Notes: a model not told the origin generated them from the letters alone. DNA of 64,000 nt from Planctomycetota bacterium (GCA_036338595.1 JAYZBV010000071.1:18442-82441); one strand, 5' to 3'. Counted from the first letter of the stretch, positions 51,537-62,607 are shown. Numbers and translations are program-made.

Positions 51537-51794
51537 CTAGATCTTTTTCTCGTCGATCAACTGCTTGATCTTCTTCAAGGAGAGCCCCTCTTCCTGAAGT
51601 TCTTTAATCCTGGCGAGACGTTCAAAGACCCACTCCCCATAGAGGCGATGCTTCGAAGGTGTTCGCGCATCCTCCTCGATAAAACCACCGACAGTGTAAT
51701 CATGGATCGTCTGACGCGAGATCCCGGTATGGGACATCACCTCTCCGATCTTGAACAATTTCGGTGGCACCTTGCCCACCCGCGACTCCGCCAC
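51537..51794 (-). CDS. Short MerR-type HTH protein
   Basis: FKIGEVMSHTGISRQTIHDY..HRLY..GLSLKKIK; AGGAG RBS. Confidence 0.85.
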   Translation of the reverse strand: MAESRVGKVPPKLFKIGEVMSHTGISRQTIHDYTVGGFIEEDARTPSKHRLYGEWVFERLARIKELQEEGLSLKKIKQLIDEKKI

Positions 51795-51914
51795 GGCGAT
51801 CTCTCCTAGCCAGGGCTTCCCCCAACTGCGAGGCAACCCTCGAAGACTCGATGCACTTTACACTTTATAAAGCATCCTGCAACAGCAGTTGCCGCTTCGC
51901 CGCCGAGAAGCGGT

Positions 51915-52193
51915 TCAGGACCTGTCGTTGGAAGCGCTCGTGGGAACCGGATCGTAGCCGCCACGACTGAAGGGGTGGCACCGCATCAATCGACCGATGG
52001 TCAGCCAACCACCTCGCCATGCCCCGTGTCGACGGAGCGCCTCGATCCCGAAGTGGCTGCAACTGGGCTCGAACCGACACATCGGTGGGAGCCAACCTGA
52101 GATCCCGCGCTGATACAAGCGCACAGATGCCATCAGAACTCTTGTGACGACACCGGGTTTCGGGTGATCTGCGCTCGGGTCACCGTTACTCAT
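51915..52193 (-). CDS. yidD: Membrane protein insertion efficiency factor YidD
   Basis: CRFEPSCS, RCHPF..GGYDPVP. Confidence 0.95.
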   Translation of the reverse strand: MSNGDPSADHPKPGVVTRVLMASVRLYQRGISGWLPPMCRFEPSCSHFGIEALRRHGAWRGGWLTIGRLMRCHPFSRGGYDPVPTSASNDRS

Positions 52194-52561
52194 CGTGACC
52201 TCTGTGCCAACTCGATGGCGATCAATGATTGCGCTTCCTCTGCAAGAGTTTCAAAGGCCAGCGATGCACATCCTGGTCTTGGGATGAAGATGATATCCCG
52301 CACCTCTGGGGCAAGATCGCGATGCAGTCGAAAAATCTCGCGCAAGCGGCGCTTGAGACGATTTCTCTGCACGGCATTGCCAACCTTGCGGCTCACCGCA
52401 AGGCCGATCCGCGACCACTCGCCCCCATTCGGGAAGATCACAGCTTTTAGATGCTGCGACTTTCGAGTGAACCCCTTGGAAAAGGCCTGCTGAAAGTCTG
52501 CTTTTTTTACAATCCGGCAATGTCGGGGAAGACGATTCCCGATCGGCGAGAGGAATCCCAT
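52190..52561 (-). CDS. rnpA: Ribonuclease P protein component
   Basis: RIGLAVSRKVGNAVQRNRLKRRLRE. Confidence 0.95.
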   Translation of the reverse strand: MGFLSPIGNRLPRHCRIVKKADFQQAFSKGFTRKSQHLKAVIFPNGGEWSRIGLAVSRKVGNAVQRNRLKRRLREIFRLHRDLAPEVRDIIFIPRPGCASLAFETLAEEAQSLIAIELAQRSR

Positions 52562-53649
52562 CAGCAGTTTGGTGCCGTATCCGAGACGGGACTCCCGTTG
52601 CGATTGCGCGCCTGCTCCAGGCGATACTCGGCAACCCGGTCTGCAGCTTCTGCAGGAGTGAGGTCCTCTCTACGGGCGGTCTCGAACACCTCTCGCAAAC
52701 CGTCATAGATGTTCTCTATTTTCCGCACTGCAGTTCTCTCGTCGTATCCCTGTTCACGAATTTCCACGGAAACATTGATGATTCCGCCAGCATTGATGAT
52801 GAAATCAGGAGCGTAGAGAATCCCACGTGAGTGCAGCGAATCAGCATGATCATCCCTGAGCAACTGGTTATTGGCGCAACCCGCCACCACCTGCGCCTTG
52901 AGCTCGGGAATCGTCTCGTCGTTGAGAACCCCACCCAGCGCGCACGGCATGAACACATCGCAATCCACCGAATAGATCTCCTCGGTCGGTAACACCTCGA
53001 CTCCAGGTAATGCGGCAAATTCTTCGCATCGCTCCTCGTTGATGTCGGTGACAGTGATGGTTGCACCTAACATCGATAGACAACGCACCACATCACCACC
53101 TACTTGTCCAAGACCCTGTACTGCGTAGCGCAAGCGATCTAGATGACTGGTTCCGAACCGCTCTTCCGCACAGGCAAATAGCCCCCGGATGACTCCCCTG
53201 GCGGTGAAAGGGGATGGGTTACCGCTGGAGCCGACACGACGCGATAGCCCCGTGACATATCTGGTCTCCTGGCGAAGCCATTCCAGTTCTCGGATGCCGA
53301 TGCCAACATCTTCAGCAGTGATGTATCTTCCGCCGAGAGTCTCCACGAATCGGCCCATCGCTCGAAACCGTGCCTCTGTCAGGTCCGTTTCGCTATCTCC
53401 GATGATGACTGCTTTGCCGCCACCGAGGCCTGTATTTGCACAGGCGCTCTTGTAGGTCATACCTCGCGCGAGTCTCAGGACATCGGTCAGGGCGTCTTCC
53501 TCGGAGTCGTACTTCCACAGGCGCAGCCCACCGAGAGCCGGACCCAGGGTGGTGTCATGGATTGCGATGATCGCATGAAGGCTAGATTCAGAGTCTTCCG
53601 CCACGACGACAGTCTCGTATCCGTCGACGGGGACTTCGCGGATTTTCAA
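52561..53649 (-). CDS. Leu/Phe/Val dehydrogenase
   Basis: GPALGGLR, GMTYK, GGGKAV, TAEDVG, QGLGQVG, NAGG. Confidence 0.93.
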   Translation of the reverse strand: MKIREVPVDGYETVVVAEDSESSLHAIIAIHDTTLGPALGGLRLWKYDSEEDALTDVLRLARGMTYKSACANTGLGGGKAVIIGDSETDLTEARFRAMGRFVETLGGRYITAEDVGIGIRELEWLRQETRYVTGLSRRVGSSGNPSPFTARGVIRGLFACAEERFGTSHLDRLRYAVQGLGQVGGDVVRCLSMLGATITVTDINEERCEEFAALPGVEVLPTEEIYSVDCDVFMPCALGGVLNDETIPELKAQVVAGCANNQLLRDDHADSLHSRGILYAPDFIINAGGIINVSVEIREQGYDERTAVRKIENIYDGLREVFETARREDLTPAEAADRVAEYRLEQARNRNGSPVSDTAPNC

Positions 53650-54037
53650 GATCTCACCTCAATTTCTTCACTATCAGATCTGACTCTTCCGGACGACCAG
53701 TGCCAGGGGCAGGATCGATGTCGAGAACTCAACCGGCTCACGGTCACCGTCAATTATTTCTGCTGACAGTAGCCAGAGGTTGAATAAAACCACTGATCGA
53801 TCTCGCTGCTTGGATCGGGATTGTCGTGTCCGCAGTATCGCGAACAGGCTCCTGTCTCCCCTTACCGACACCCCACATTCTAACCTCGGCACGATGGCCT
53901 CTACAGTGATAATGGCACCAAAAGTTATCTAGTTGAAGAGATCCAACCCCTTATCTCATGGTGTGTTGTGTACTGAAATGAAATGGAATGCGCCCCTTGC
54001 TTCCTCCACTGCTGGAGGGTAGATCGAGGGGATTCCC

Positions 54038-55468
54038 GTGCCACTGGAGCCATCGATGCAGTACCAGAAGTTCCTCTCGAAGCGATACCTGAAACGCCGC
54101 TGGGCTCCCTGGGCCGCCACCCTGGCGGTCGCCCTGGGCGTCTTCTCGCTGCTTTCGGTTCTCGCAGTGATGGAGGGATTCAAGGTCGAGATGAAGGAGC
54201 GGATCCGCGGAAGCCTCTCTCACCTGGTGGTCGAGGGGATCGCCACTCGCCAGCTGGTTGGCGAGGATTCTTTGCTCGATGCTGCACGAGCCACCCCGGG
54301 TGTAGAGGCTGCCAGCCCCTTCATCGAAACCCTCGCCATCTACCGGTCAGCAGTACTCGATTACTGCATCCTGAGGGGAGTCGATCCCGTCTCCGAAGCG
54401 GAAGTCTCCGACTTCGACCTCTATCTCCTCAGTGATGAGGAGATCGAAGAATTGCTTGCCGACCCCTACATGATGCTACCAGAAGACCGTCCTCCACCCG
54501 ATGCGGCTCGAGTCGTCGAGGTCTTCTCGCTCGAAAGACGACGCCAGCTGCTGCGCTCTCGCCTGAGGAGGGACGATGTCGGGTTTGACGAGGAGGCGCC
54601 ACCTCAAGGACTGGTCGTTGGAATCGAGTCACTTCGCAGCGGTCGTCTCGCGATGGGAGACACCGTTCAACTCTCATCCTACTCACCGGTCACCTTCGAG
54701 CCGAGGATCGGCAATTTCATCATCGTCGGGGCATTCCAGTCGGGAGTCTACGAGCAGGACCAACGCTGGGCATACTCCGACATCCGTGCCCTTCAACAGG
54801 TGCTCGATCTCTGGGACGAAGACGCTCAGGATATGGGGATATCCGGCATCGCACTGCGATTGACGGATTACTCCCAGGCACAAGAGGTCAAGCAAGATCT
54901 CTACCGGGAAATTTCACGCAGGATGGACCTCCCGGCTGCCGATGCAGGCGCCATTCCCTGGCGATCGATGGAGATCAACACATGGGAAAGTCAGCGCGAC
55001 AATCTGCTTCAGGCGGTGGAGATCGAGAAGCGCATCATCGCCGCCATGATGCTTCTCATCGTCGCTTTTGCTGCTGCCATGATCTTCCTGATCCTGATGC
55101 TGCTGGTCATCGAGAAGAACCGCGATCTGGGTGTTCTTCGCGCTCTCGGAGCGACCAGGGGTGGTGTCATCCAGCTGGTGCTGGCGCAGGGGATGTTTCT
55201 CTGCATCACGGGAGCCATCATCGGCCTGTTCGGTGGCTGGATCCTGACCGAGAACATCAATGAGGCTCACGATGCAATATATCGTGCAACGGGGTTGAGA
55301 TTGTTTCCTCCAGACATCTACTACCTCGAACGGATCCCGGCGGTCCTACGCTGGCAAGATATGATGCTCGTTTGTGCACCTACCATCCTTTTTGGATTCC
55401 TCGGCAGTCTGTTCCCGGCACTCTGGGCGGGACGCCGAGATCCGATCAGGGCGTTGCACCATGAATGA
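54038..55468 (+). CDS. lolC: Lipoprotein-releasing ABC permease LolC/E
   Basis: [41 protein letters not shown]. Confidence 0.85.
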   Translation: MPLEPSMQYQKFLSKRYLKRRWAPWAATLAVALGVFSLLSVLAVMEGFKVEMKERIRGSLSHLVVEGIATRQLVGEDSLLDAARATPGVEAASPFIETLAIYRSAVLDYCILRGVDPVSEAEVSDFDLYLLSDEEIEELLADPYMMLPEDRPPPDAARVVEVFSLERRRQLLRSRLRRDDVGFDEEAPPQGLVVGIESLRSGRLAMGDTVQLSSYSPVTFEPRIGNFIIVGAFQSGVYEQDQRWAYSDIRALQQVLDLWDEDAQDMGISGIALRLTDYSQAQEVKQDLYREISRRMDLPAADAGAIPWRSMEINTWESQRDNLLQAVEIEKRIIAAMMLLIVAFAAAMIFLILMLLVIEKNRDLGVLRALGATRGGVIQLVLAQGMFLCITGAIIGLFGGWILTENINEAHDAIYRATGLRLFPPDIYYLERIPAVLRWQDMMLVCAPTILFGFLGSLFPALWAGRRDPIRALHHE

Positions 55469-56204
55469 TGCCCGGCCATCACTCCCTGTTCTCACCGCTC
55501 GAGGACTGCACAGAGAGTTTCTACTCGCCAATGGCCAGCGCCTGGAGGTGTTGAGGGGAGTGGATCTCGATATCCACGAGGCAGAGATGGTGGCCATCGT
55601 TGGCCTCAGTGGAGTCGGAAAGAGCACCCTGCTGCACTGCATCGGGCTCCTCGACACTCCCTCATCGGGACAGATCATCTACAGAGATGACGAGCAGGTT
55701 TCCCAATCCCCCGGCCTCAGCGAAGCGCACAGGTGCGCACTACGAAATCGATTCATCGGTTTCGTCTTCCAGTTCTTTCACCTGCTCAACGACCTCGATG
55801 TGCTTGAAAATGTCATGCTGCCAGCGATCGTCGGAAGTTCGAGGAGCCAGTGGCGGAAAACCCGACATGAAGTGGAAGCGTACGCCCGTTCACTGCTGAA
55901 GAGGGTGGGCCTGGAAGGCCGGGAGCTGCAGGCACCTGGCACCTTGTCGGGAGGAGAGCGCCAGCGTGTCGCCATCGCCAGGGCACTCATCAACAGACCA
56001 TTGCTGCTTCTGTGCGATGAGCCGACAGGCAACCTGGATTCCCATACCAGCGAGAAAATTCACACCCTGCTCAGGGAACTTCATGAACAGCTGGGCACCT
56101 CCATCCTGGTAGTGACCCACGATCCGGATCTCGCTGCACGTGCCGATCGGCGCCTGGCGATGATCGACGGGCGTTTCGAGGCGGAACTGAACCCACTGGG
56201 ATGA
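55461..56204 (+). CDS. lolD: Lipoprotein-releasing ABC ATPase LolD
   Basis: [34 protein letters not shown]. Confidence 0.88.
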   Translation: MNDARPSLPVLTARGLHREFLLANGQRLEVLRGVDLDIHEAEMVAIVGLSGVGKSTLLHCIGLLDTPSSGQIIYRDDEQVSQSPGLSEAHRCALRNRFIGFVFQFFHLLNDLDVLENVMLPAIVGSSRSQWRKTRHEVEAYARSLLKRVGLEGRELQAPGTLSGGERQRVAIARALINRPLLLLCDEPTGNLDSHTSEKIHTLLRELHEQLGTSILVVTHDPDLAARADRRLAMIDGRFEAELNPLG

Positions 56205-56834
56205 TCAGGTTGTAGCTGGAATCTCCACCGATTCGATTTCCTCTTTCGTGTCGTGCAACGCCAGCAGCAGCGTCTTCCCCTGCTCGCATTCCCGATCGAG
56301 CACCTGCTTCATCAATCCTCGCCCCTCCTCGTTCTGGGCAGAGTAGGGTTCATCGAGAATCAGCAGAGAGCCGGGCGAAGATACGGCTCGTAACAGTTCC
56401 GCTCGCTGAGCCTCCCCTCCGGAGAGTTGCCCAGGTCGACGATCGATCCGGTCTGAGATGGCAAGATCTGCTGCCAGTGTTCGGATCTGCTCTCGATTCT
56501 TGCCCGCCGATCCCGCGGCCAGCAGACACTGCGCTTCCACGGTGAGGTGTGGCCACAGGCCCCGTTCCTGCCCGAGCCAGCCAATGCCACGCTGCCACGG
56601 CTCAACGACGCTGCCGTCTTCCATCATCGACCTGCCGTGGATGACCACCGATCCCGACCGAATCGGCAGCAAGCCAGCCACCGCCAGCAACACACTACTC
56701 TTTCCAGCTCCTGTTGGCCCGGTCAAGGCGAGGCGGGATCCGCAACCAATCTGCAGTGTCACCGGACCGATTTGCATCGATCCTCGTTGCACCACGAGTT
56801 GATCCACTTCGAGCGCAGGAGCCCGTTCGATCAT
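56205..56834 (-). CDS. ABC importer ATP-binding protein
   Basis: GPTGAGKS, LSGGE, LILDEP; TGATG overlap with permease. Confidence 0.85.
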   Translation of the reverse strand: MIERAPALEVDQLVVQRGSMQIGPVTLQIGCGSRLALTGPTGAGKSSVLLAVAGLLPIRSGSVVIHGRSMMEDGSVVEPWQRGIGWLGQERGLWPHLTVEAQCLLAAGSAGKNREQIRTLAADLAISDRIDRRPGQLSGGEAQRAELLRAVSSPGSLLILDEPYSAQNEEGRGLMKQVLDRECEQGKTLLLALHDTKEEIESVEIPATT

Positions 56835-58312
56835 CACTTTCCCCTTCGCCACGGCTTCACGACCAGCGCCGACATCGCTGCCCCGAGCAGAGCCAGCATC
56901 AACGCCAATCTCGCAGCTTGCTCATCATTTCGAAAGTGCAGCAACTGATGCAACTCCAGCGCAGTGGACGGGTGACCAGGCGGCGCCAGTAACAGCGTCG
57001 ATTCCACCTCTCCCATCACCAGGGCAATACCGATCACAACAGCCGGCACAAGCACCGGCAACGCCCGCGGAAACCTGACCCTCCAGCGAGCGGGCGTCGG
57101 AGCTATCAAGTTTGCAGCATCTCGCTCGGAAGCTGGCAGTACCTTTGTGGCGACAAACCCGGCAACTGCTGCCAGCGCTCCCAGCTTGCAAGTCTGCGCA
57201 ACCGTCAACAGAAATGGAAGATCATCGAGAAACGGCGGCAACATCGGGCGAACAATTCTCACCAGAGCGATGGCCCCCAGACTACCTGGCAGCAGTGTTG
57301 GCAAGCAAAGCAGCAGCAGTCCGATGCGATGCCCGCCATCCGCGAGACGCCAACCGCAAAGGACCGCCAGCATCGATGCGATCATCGCTCTCGGCAATTC
57401 CTGGCCGATGGCTGCGGCAGCGGAGAGCAGTTCATCCCCGGCGATGATCATCTGGCTGGCCCGTGGCCAGGCAGTGAAGGCGAGAATCAGCATCAATGCC
57501 ACCGCTGGAAGCACCCTCACCAGCAATAGTCGGTCTGCCCAGCGCATCCTGGGTAAGCCCTCGATCCCACCTCCGAGTCGTGCGCGGGAGGGATCCTCGG
57601 TGGATCGGGTGAGCAGGAAGATCGCCGGAGATACCAGGACCACCAGCAACAGTGCCAGGTGCCAGCCTGCTGCCGGATCTCCGACGGTCAACCGGATCAA
57701 TATCCTCTGGGAGACCGTCTCCACACCGGCGTAGGAAGGCAACTCTGCAGCGGGTATCAACAGCAACAGGAGTAACCCTGCACAACGAAACGCCCCCGGC
57801 ATCATCGCACGTGCACGCGTCGTCAGTGCGGTCAGTGGAGGCAACGTTCTCAACGATCGCTCCTGTGCCAGGGGCCACATCGTTGCCGCTCCCAGTAGCA
57901 TTGCTGCAGCCATGGGGGCCCAGCGAACCGCCAGCATCAGCACTGCACCGAGTTCATCCCTGACCGTTGCTCGCAATGAAGAGGAACCGATACAGGCCTG
58001 CACAGCAGATGCAAGTGCTGCCGGTGGTATCAAGAAGGACGCCAGTAACAGCATCAACACGATCGATCGCCATCGACCGCGGGTTCCTGCCAGCAGAACT
58101 GCATCCAACCATCCGACAGCAGTCGCTAGCAGCGCTGCCAGAGCCGCGACACGAATCGTCGCCAGAATCACGGGAGCGTCTCCGAATCCTGACAGCGCAT
58201 TGACTCCATCGAGAGCCAGCGCCCCATCCTCGATGGCGACCCAGATGATCGGGATGTAGAACCCGAACATCACCAGCACCAATGGCAATAGCAGCCCGAC
58301 GAGTCGATTCAT
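56834..58312 (-). CDS. ABC importer permease, Fe3+/thiamine type (divergent)
   Basis: Very hydrophobic, two-fold repeat, EAA-like ERDAANL. Confidence 0.75.
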   Translation of the reverse strand: MNRLVGLLLPLVLVMFGFYIPIIWVAIEDGALALDGVNALSGFGDAPVILATIRVAALAALLATAVGWLDAVLLAGTRGRWRSIVLMLLLASFLIPPAALASAVQACIGSSSLRATVRDELGAVLMLAVRWAPMAAAMLLGAATMWPLAQERSLRTLPPLTALTTRARAMMPGAFRCAGLLLLLLIPAAELPSYAGVETVSQRILIRLTVGDPAAGWHLALLLVVLVSPAIFLLTRSTEDPSRARLGGGIEGLPRMRWADRLLLVRVLPAVALMLILAFTAWPRASQMIIAGDELLSAAAAIGQELPRAMIASMLAVLCGWRLADGGHRIGLLLLCLPTLLPGSLGAIALVRIVRPMLPPFLDDLPFLLTVAQTCKLGALAAVAGFVATKVLPASERDAANLIAPTPARWRVRFPRALPVLVPAVVIGIALVMGEVESTLLLAPPGHPSTALELHQLLHFRNDEQAARLALMLALLGAAMSALVVKPWRRGK

Positions 58313-59304
58313 CAAGGGTTCAGCAAGATCCTCTCTGCCTCCGAAACTGCATCTCGAAGCTGGCTTGCCGCATCGATCCAATCGATCTCGATGGGATCGA
58401 GTTGCGAGATGGAAAGACCGCCCTCTGGCACCACCGCATCGTGACTGAGCGCTATCTGACGGCTCGAAGAAGCAGCCAGCCACTCCTCCACTTCACTTCG
58501 AAGCAACCAGCTGGCCAGTTTCTCGGCCTCCACTGGATGAGGAGATCCTTCCACGAGCGCGATCACATTTGGAAGCAGGATGACCCCATCTCCGATCAGG
58601 AATCCCTCGCCGATATCTACTCCTCTTCGGCGCACCACCTCGATGTCATCTGTATCCGTGAGCCCGATCCACGCCTCGCCGGAGATCACGCGATCCCGAC
58701 TCGCGGAATTCGAGGAAGCGACCTGGATCTGATTCGTCTTCCAGGACTGGAGCAATCGCCGGAACCCATCGGGTCCGATTCTCGCTCGTAGTATTGCGAG
58801 ATGACTGCCCGAGGTGCCAAATCTCGGATCGGCGATCACCACCTTGCCCAGCAGGCCTGGATCGGCCAGTTGCTGCACCGAATCTGGCACATCGACTCGT
58901 GTTTTCGAGGGAGGATAGATCGCCACCACCCGTGCTCTCGCCGCGAACCCGCACCAGCGGTTCTTCGGATCGCGCCAACGAGCATCGATACTGGATCCTG
59001 CCGATGAAGGTAGCGACCGATATAGACCCTCCTGCGCCAGCAGGACCGCCCTCAAGGGTTCGTTGGACCAGTGCACATCGCAACGGGGTCGCTTCTGCTC
59101 GCTGCGGATTCTCTGGGCCAGTCCGACCGTCTTCGTCGCCTCGGTATCGAAAATGGCATCGACTCGGATTCCTGTTTCCAGTTCGAACTGATCGAGGATC
59201 TTCTCCGAGTGACTCCTGTCGTGTGAGCAATATACCGTCACGCTGCGTACACCATCTGAACTGCACCCTGCGATCACCAGCAGCACACAGACCCACCACC
59301 GCAT
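58312..59304 (-). CDS. Fe3+-family ABC substrate-binding lipoprotein
   Basis: IAGC lipobox, VTVYCSHD, FELETGIRV, DPRFGTSG, LTDTDD. Confidence 0.87.
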   Translation of the reverse strand: MRWWVCVLLVIAGCSSDGVRSVTVYCSHDRSHSEKILDQFELETGIRVDAIFDTEATKTVGLAQRIRSEQKRPRCDVHWSNEPLRAVLLAQEGLYRSLPSSAGSSIDARWRDPKNRWCGFAARARVVAIYPPSKTRVDVPDSVQQLADPGLLGKVVIADPRFGTSGSHLAILRARIGPDGFRRLLQSWKTNQIQVASSNSASRDRVISGEAWIGLTDTDDIEVVRRRGVDIGEGFLIGDGVILLPNVIALVEGSPHPVEAEKLASWLLRSEVEEWLAASSSRQIALSHDAVVPEGGLSISQLDPIEIDWIDAASQLRDAVSEAERILLNP

Positions 59305-59963
59305 CACTGCCACCGGCCATCCATCATCGAGAGTACCCGGTCTGCCCTGCTCGCAACTTCCTGATCGTGAGTGACCAGCACCAGTGTCGTATTCAACTCT
59401 TCTCGCAGTTCGGCGAGCAGGGTGAGCAACTGTTCTCCACTGGCGCTATCGAGATTGCCGGTCGGTTCATCGCACAGCAACAAGTCCGGCTCCTTGACGA
59501 GCGCTCTTGCAATGGCGACTCGTTGCCGCTCACCTCCACTCAGCTCAGAAGGCTTGTGAGAGATCCGGTCGAGCAGACCGACTCGATCCAGTACCTGACG
59601 CGGAGTCGTTTCGGGCAACCTGGAGCGGCGGTACTGCAGGGGCAAGGTGACATTTTCGAGCGCATCACGATCTCCTAGCAGGTGAAAGGACTGGAACACG
59701 AATCCAATCTTCTCGTTGCGCACACGCGCCATCTCGGCTCCCGTGAGTGAAAGAACGTCACGCCCATCGAGGTGATAGGAACCTGATTCAGCACGATCGA
59801 GACAGCCCAGGATCTGCAATAACGTGCTCTTTCCGCTGCCTGAAGCTCCGACGATGGCGATGAACTCGCCCTTCTCCACCTTCAGATCCACGCCGTCGAG
59901 GGCACAGATGAGGCCATCTCCCTCGCCGTAGGTCCTGCGAATCCCTTCCATCTCGATGAACAT
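59304..59963 (-). CDS. MacB/LolD-like ABC ATPase
   Basis: [33 protein letters not shown]. Confidence 0.92.
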   Translation of the reverse strand: MFIEMEGIRRTYGEGDGLICALDGVDLKVEKGEFIAIVGASGSGKSTLLQILGCLDRAESGSYHLDGRDVLSLTGAEMARVRNEKIGFVFQSFHLLGDRDALENVTLPLQYRRSRLPETTPRQVLDRVGLLDRISHKPSELSGGERQRVAIARALVKEPDLLLCDEPTGNLDSASGEQLLTLLAELREELNTTLVLVTHDQEVASRADRVLSMMDGRWQ

Positions 59964-60016
59964 CCAGCATTCCCTCTTTCAGCCAACTGCAGCGGTATCC
60001 GCGTCCTTGAATCGGA

Positions 60017-61288
60017 TCAGAGATCACTCCGACCACAAAGCACCGTGGCAGGTTCCAAACTTGCGACCCTCCACGCAGGCAACAACGATCCCAGCAACGC
60101 CGTGACCAGCAGTGCCAGGCAGGTGCCTCCGATCATCGTTGGAGGAAGCCACGAGGGCCAGCCGAGTATCGGTTCGATCCCGTACTCGAGGATCTTCATG
60201 CCCAGCACGATCCCAGGCACCATCGCAGCCATCGACAGCCATACCCCCTCGAGCAGCACCGGCATCACAACCTGGGACACCGTAGCACCTTCTGCCCTGC
60301 GAAGGGCCACCTCCTGGATACTCTCGTCAATCGCCAGTAACGAGATGGTCCCCGCCAGGATCAGCACCACGAGCAGATCGAGAAGCCAGACGAAGTGACC
60401 CAGCCCGACGAACCTATCGATGATTCCCAGCACCACGGCGACCCATCTTTTCTGCACATGCAGAAAAACACCCAGCTTCTCGCTGGCGATGAACTGTTCC
60501 ACCTGTTCCACAACTTCTTCAACCTGATCGAGCCCAGGTGTGTCGATCAACAACAGCATCGGTTGGTCCTGGTCATGCTTCCAGGGCAAGTAAAGATTGA
60601 GAAACTGCAATCGGCGAGCGGGAATGGATCTGGCGCTGGATGTCGCATCGAAGGAACTCATGTACTGGCGCAACAGCAACGGATCCTTGACCACTCCGAT
60701 GATCTGAACGGTGAACGCTCGGCCTTCCCGGATCGATCGAAGTTCCTGCCCCATCGCAGAAACAGGATCTCCAAACATCTCAGCCGCCAGTGCCTCATCG
60801 ATGGCAGCCGGTGTCGGCTCATCCGGATTCGAGGTCCAGCGATCCTGTTGCGTGAGAAACCTGCCCGCCAGCATCCCGGGTCTCAATACCGATCGAAACC
60901 CCGGAGTGGTCGAGATCATCGTGTGTCGCCACGTTCCATTCGCTGTACTGGTCAATCCAAGGTCCACCCGCACCGGAGAAACAGAGTCCACATCACCGCG
61001 TAACTTCTCTCGGATCGATTCGACGTCACTCCTATCCAGCGGCCTTCCCGTGGTCGCCACACCCACAGCCAGGCTCCCCAGTCGCAGAGGATTGATCACG
61101 GCAACCAGGTCAGAGCCGAGAGCATCGAGGTCATGAGCGATCGCTCGTCGCCCCCCCTCGATGGTTCCGACGATCGACACCACCGACGCCAACCCGAGGG
61201 CGAAGGTGGCCGTGACCAGGAAGGAACGCATCGGATGCCGCACAATCGCCATCATCGAGTTGTGAAGTGCCCCGCCTCGACGGCTCAT
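60017..61288 (-). CDS. MacB/FtsX-like ABC permease
   Basis: RSFLVT TM1, periplasmic domain, EVALRRAEGAT, PAWRVASLEP. Confidence 0.85.
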   Translation of the reverse strand: MSRRGGALHNSMMAIVRHPMRSFLVTATFALGLASVVSIVGTIEGGRRAIAHDLDALGSDLVAVINPLRLGSLAVGVATTGRPLDRSDVESIREKLRGDVDSVSPVRVDLGLTSTANGTWRHTMISTTPGFRSVLRPGMLAGRFLTQQDRWTSNPDEPTPAAIDEALAAEMFGDPVSAMGQELRSIREGRAFTVQIIGVVKDPLLLRQYMSSFDATSSARSIPARRLQFLNLYLPWKHDQDQPMLLLIDTPGLDQVEEVVEQVEQFIASEKLGVFLHVQKRWVAVVLGIIDRFVGLGHFVWLLDLLVVLILAGTISLLAIDESIQEVALRRAEGATVSQVVMPVLLEGVWLSMAAMVPGIVLGMKILEYGIEPILGWPSWLPPTMIGGTCLALLVTALLGSLLPAWRVASLEPATVLCGRSDL

Positions 61289-62607
61289 CGGCCCTCTCTC
61301 AGCAGGATCGCAGGATCGGTATCACTCACCGCCCAGGCGGGCCCTGCACAGGCGACTGCCGCCCCGGTGACCACGATCAATATCGCCTTGAAGATCGTTC
61401 CCCATGGCCAGGTTGCCGTCAGCACTGCTGACGGATCGAGATTCGCTCGAATGGTAGCAATCAGAACTCCTACCAGCATGCCAAGTGCTGCTCCGACCAG
61501 GGAGATCAGTACACCCTCCCAGAGGAACTGCCAGAAGATATCAGCTCTGGTGGCTCCCTCTGCACGACGCAACCCTACTTCTGCCCGGCGACGGCGACCG
61601 GTCAAGAGCAACAGGTTGATCAGAACCAGCAAACCGATGGCCACCGTGACGACAAAGAAGATGTCGTGGAGCACCAGATATCCATCCAGTTCGGGTGAGG
61701 CCAGGATCGACCACGCAGCATTGGCGTACAACAGAGGAGCCTTGCCGCGCCGTATCAGCGTATTCTCGACGGTGCTCTTTGCCTCGTTGATTCGCACGGG
61801 GTCGACCGATACCACGATCCAGTCGACGGGCCCAGGTTCCAGTTCGCTCCGATCCACGTGGAGCGACTTGCCATCCGTCATCCAGGGTGCTGAAACCGGG
61901 GCGACACCCAGCATCTTCAGCGCTGCCTCGACCAGGTTGGAAAATTGGTGGTCCTTGCCGAAGCCGAGTGGATCCACTGCAACCTCCCCGGGAGACTGGA
62001 TGACCCCGACCACCTTCCATCTCCGGGCCTGTTCGGGAATGTCACCACCTGTGGCGACTCGACCCAGCCGAGAAGTGGTTGGATCGATCCACAACTGCTC
62101 CCCGACCAGAGAGCTGTCGATCTCATGACTGGCCAGTTCGTCAGCGAGCGGTTGCTCCAGAACCACCTCCGGCGGCACCGAACCGGGCACGAACCAGCGA
62201 CCCTCGATCAATTGCAACGAACGCGCAGACAGTTCGCTCACATCCGACCCGACCAGATAAGCTCTTCCTGTGTCGGGGTTCACCAGTCTTTGGGCGACAG
62301 CCTGGCCGCTGACCACAGCAGCCGGGTAATCCGCCGCCAGAGCGGACTCGATCGCCTTCAGATCACCGGTGCCCAGTTCCGCGGAAGCGCCCGGTTCCAC
62401 CTCGATCTGAATGCGGTCGGTTCCGAGTTCCCTGGCCCGCTCGACGGCAGCACCCCTGGACCCCTCGAGCAGTGCTGCAGGGCCAACCATCAGCGCCACC
62501 GCCCACAGGATTCCCTGACAGATCAACAACGTTCTCCCCGGATGTCGTCCCAGCTCCTCCGCCGCCCCCCGGATGGAGCCAGGAATCAAGATCCCCCGGT
62601 GAGACAT
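61285..62607 (-). CDS. MacB/FtsX-like ABC permease
   Basis: RTLLI TM1, EVGLRRAEGAT..QFLWEG, PAWAVSDTDP. Confidence 0.85.
   Translation of the reverse strand: MSHRGILIPGSIRGAAEELGRHPGRTLLICQGILWAVALMVGPAALLEGSRGAAVERARELGTDRIQIEVEPGASAELGTGDLKAIESALAADYPAAVVSGQAVAQRLVNPDTGRAYLVGSDVSELSARSLQLIEGRWFVPGSVPPEVVLEQPLADELASHEIDSSLVGEQLWIDPTTSRLGRVATGGDIPEQARRWKVVGVIQSPGEVAVDPLGFGKDHQFSNLVEAALKMLGVAPVSAPWMTDGKSLHVDRSELEPGPVDWIVVSVDPVRINEAKSTVENTLIRRGKAPLLYANAAWSILASPELDGYLVLHDIFFVVTVAIGLLVLINLLLLTGRRRRAEVGLRRAEGATRADIFWQFLWEGVLISLVGAALGMLVGVLIATIRANLDPSAVLTATWPWGTIFKAILIVVTGAAVACAGPAWAVSDTDPAILLREGR

Noticed and set aside
53650..54037. Replication origin near rnpA
   Set aside because: No TTATCCACA DnaA boxes and no dnaA; better explained as a divergent promoter region.
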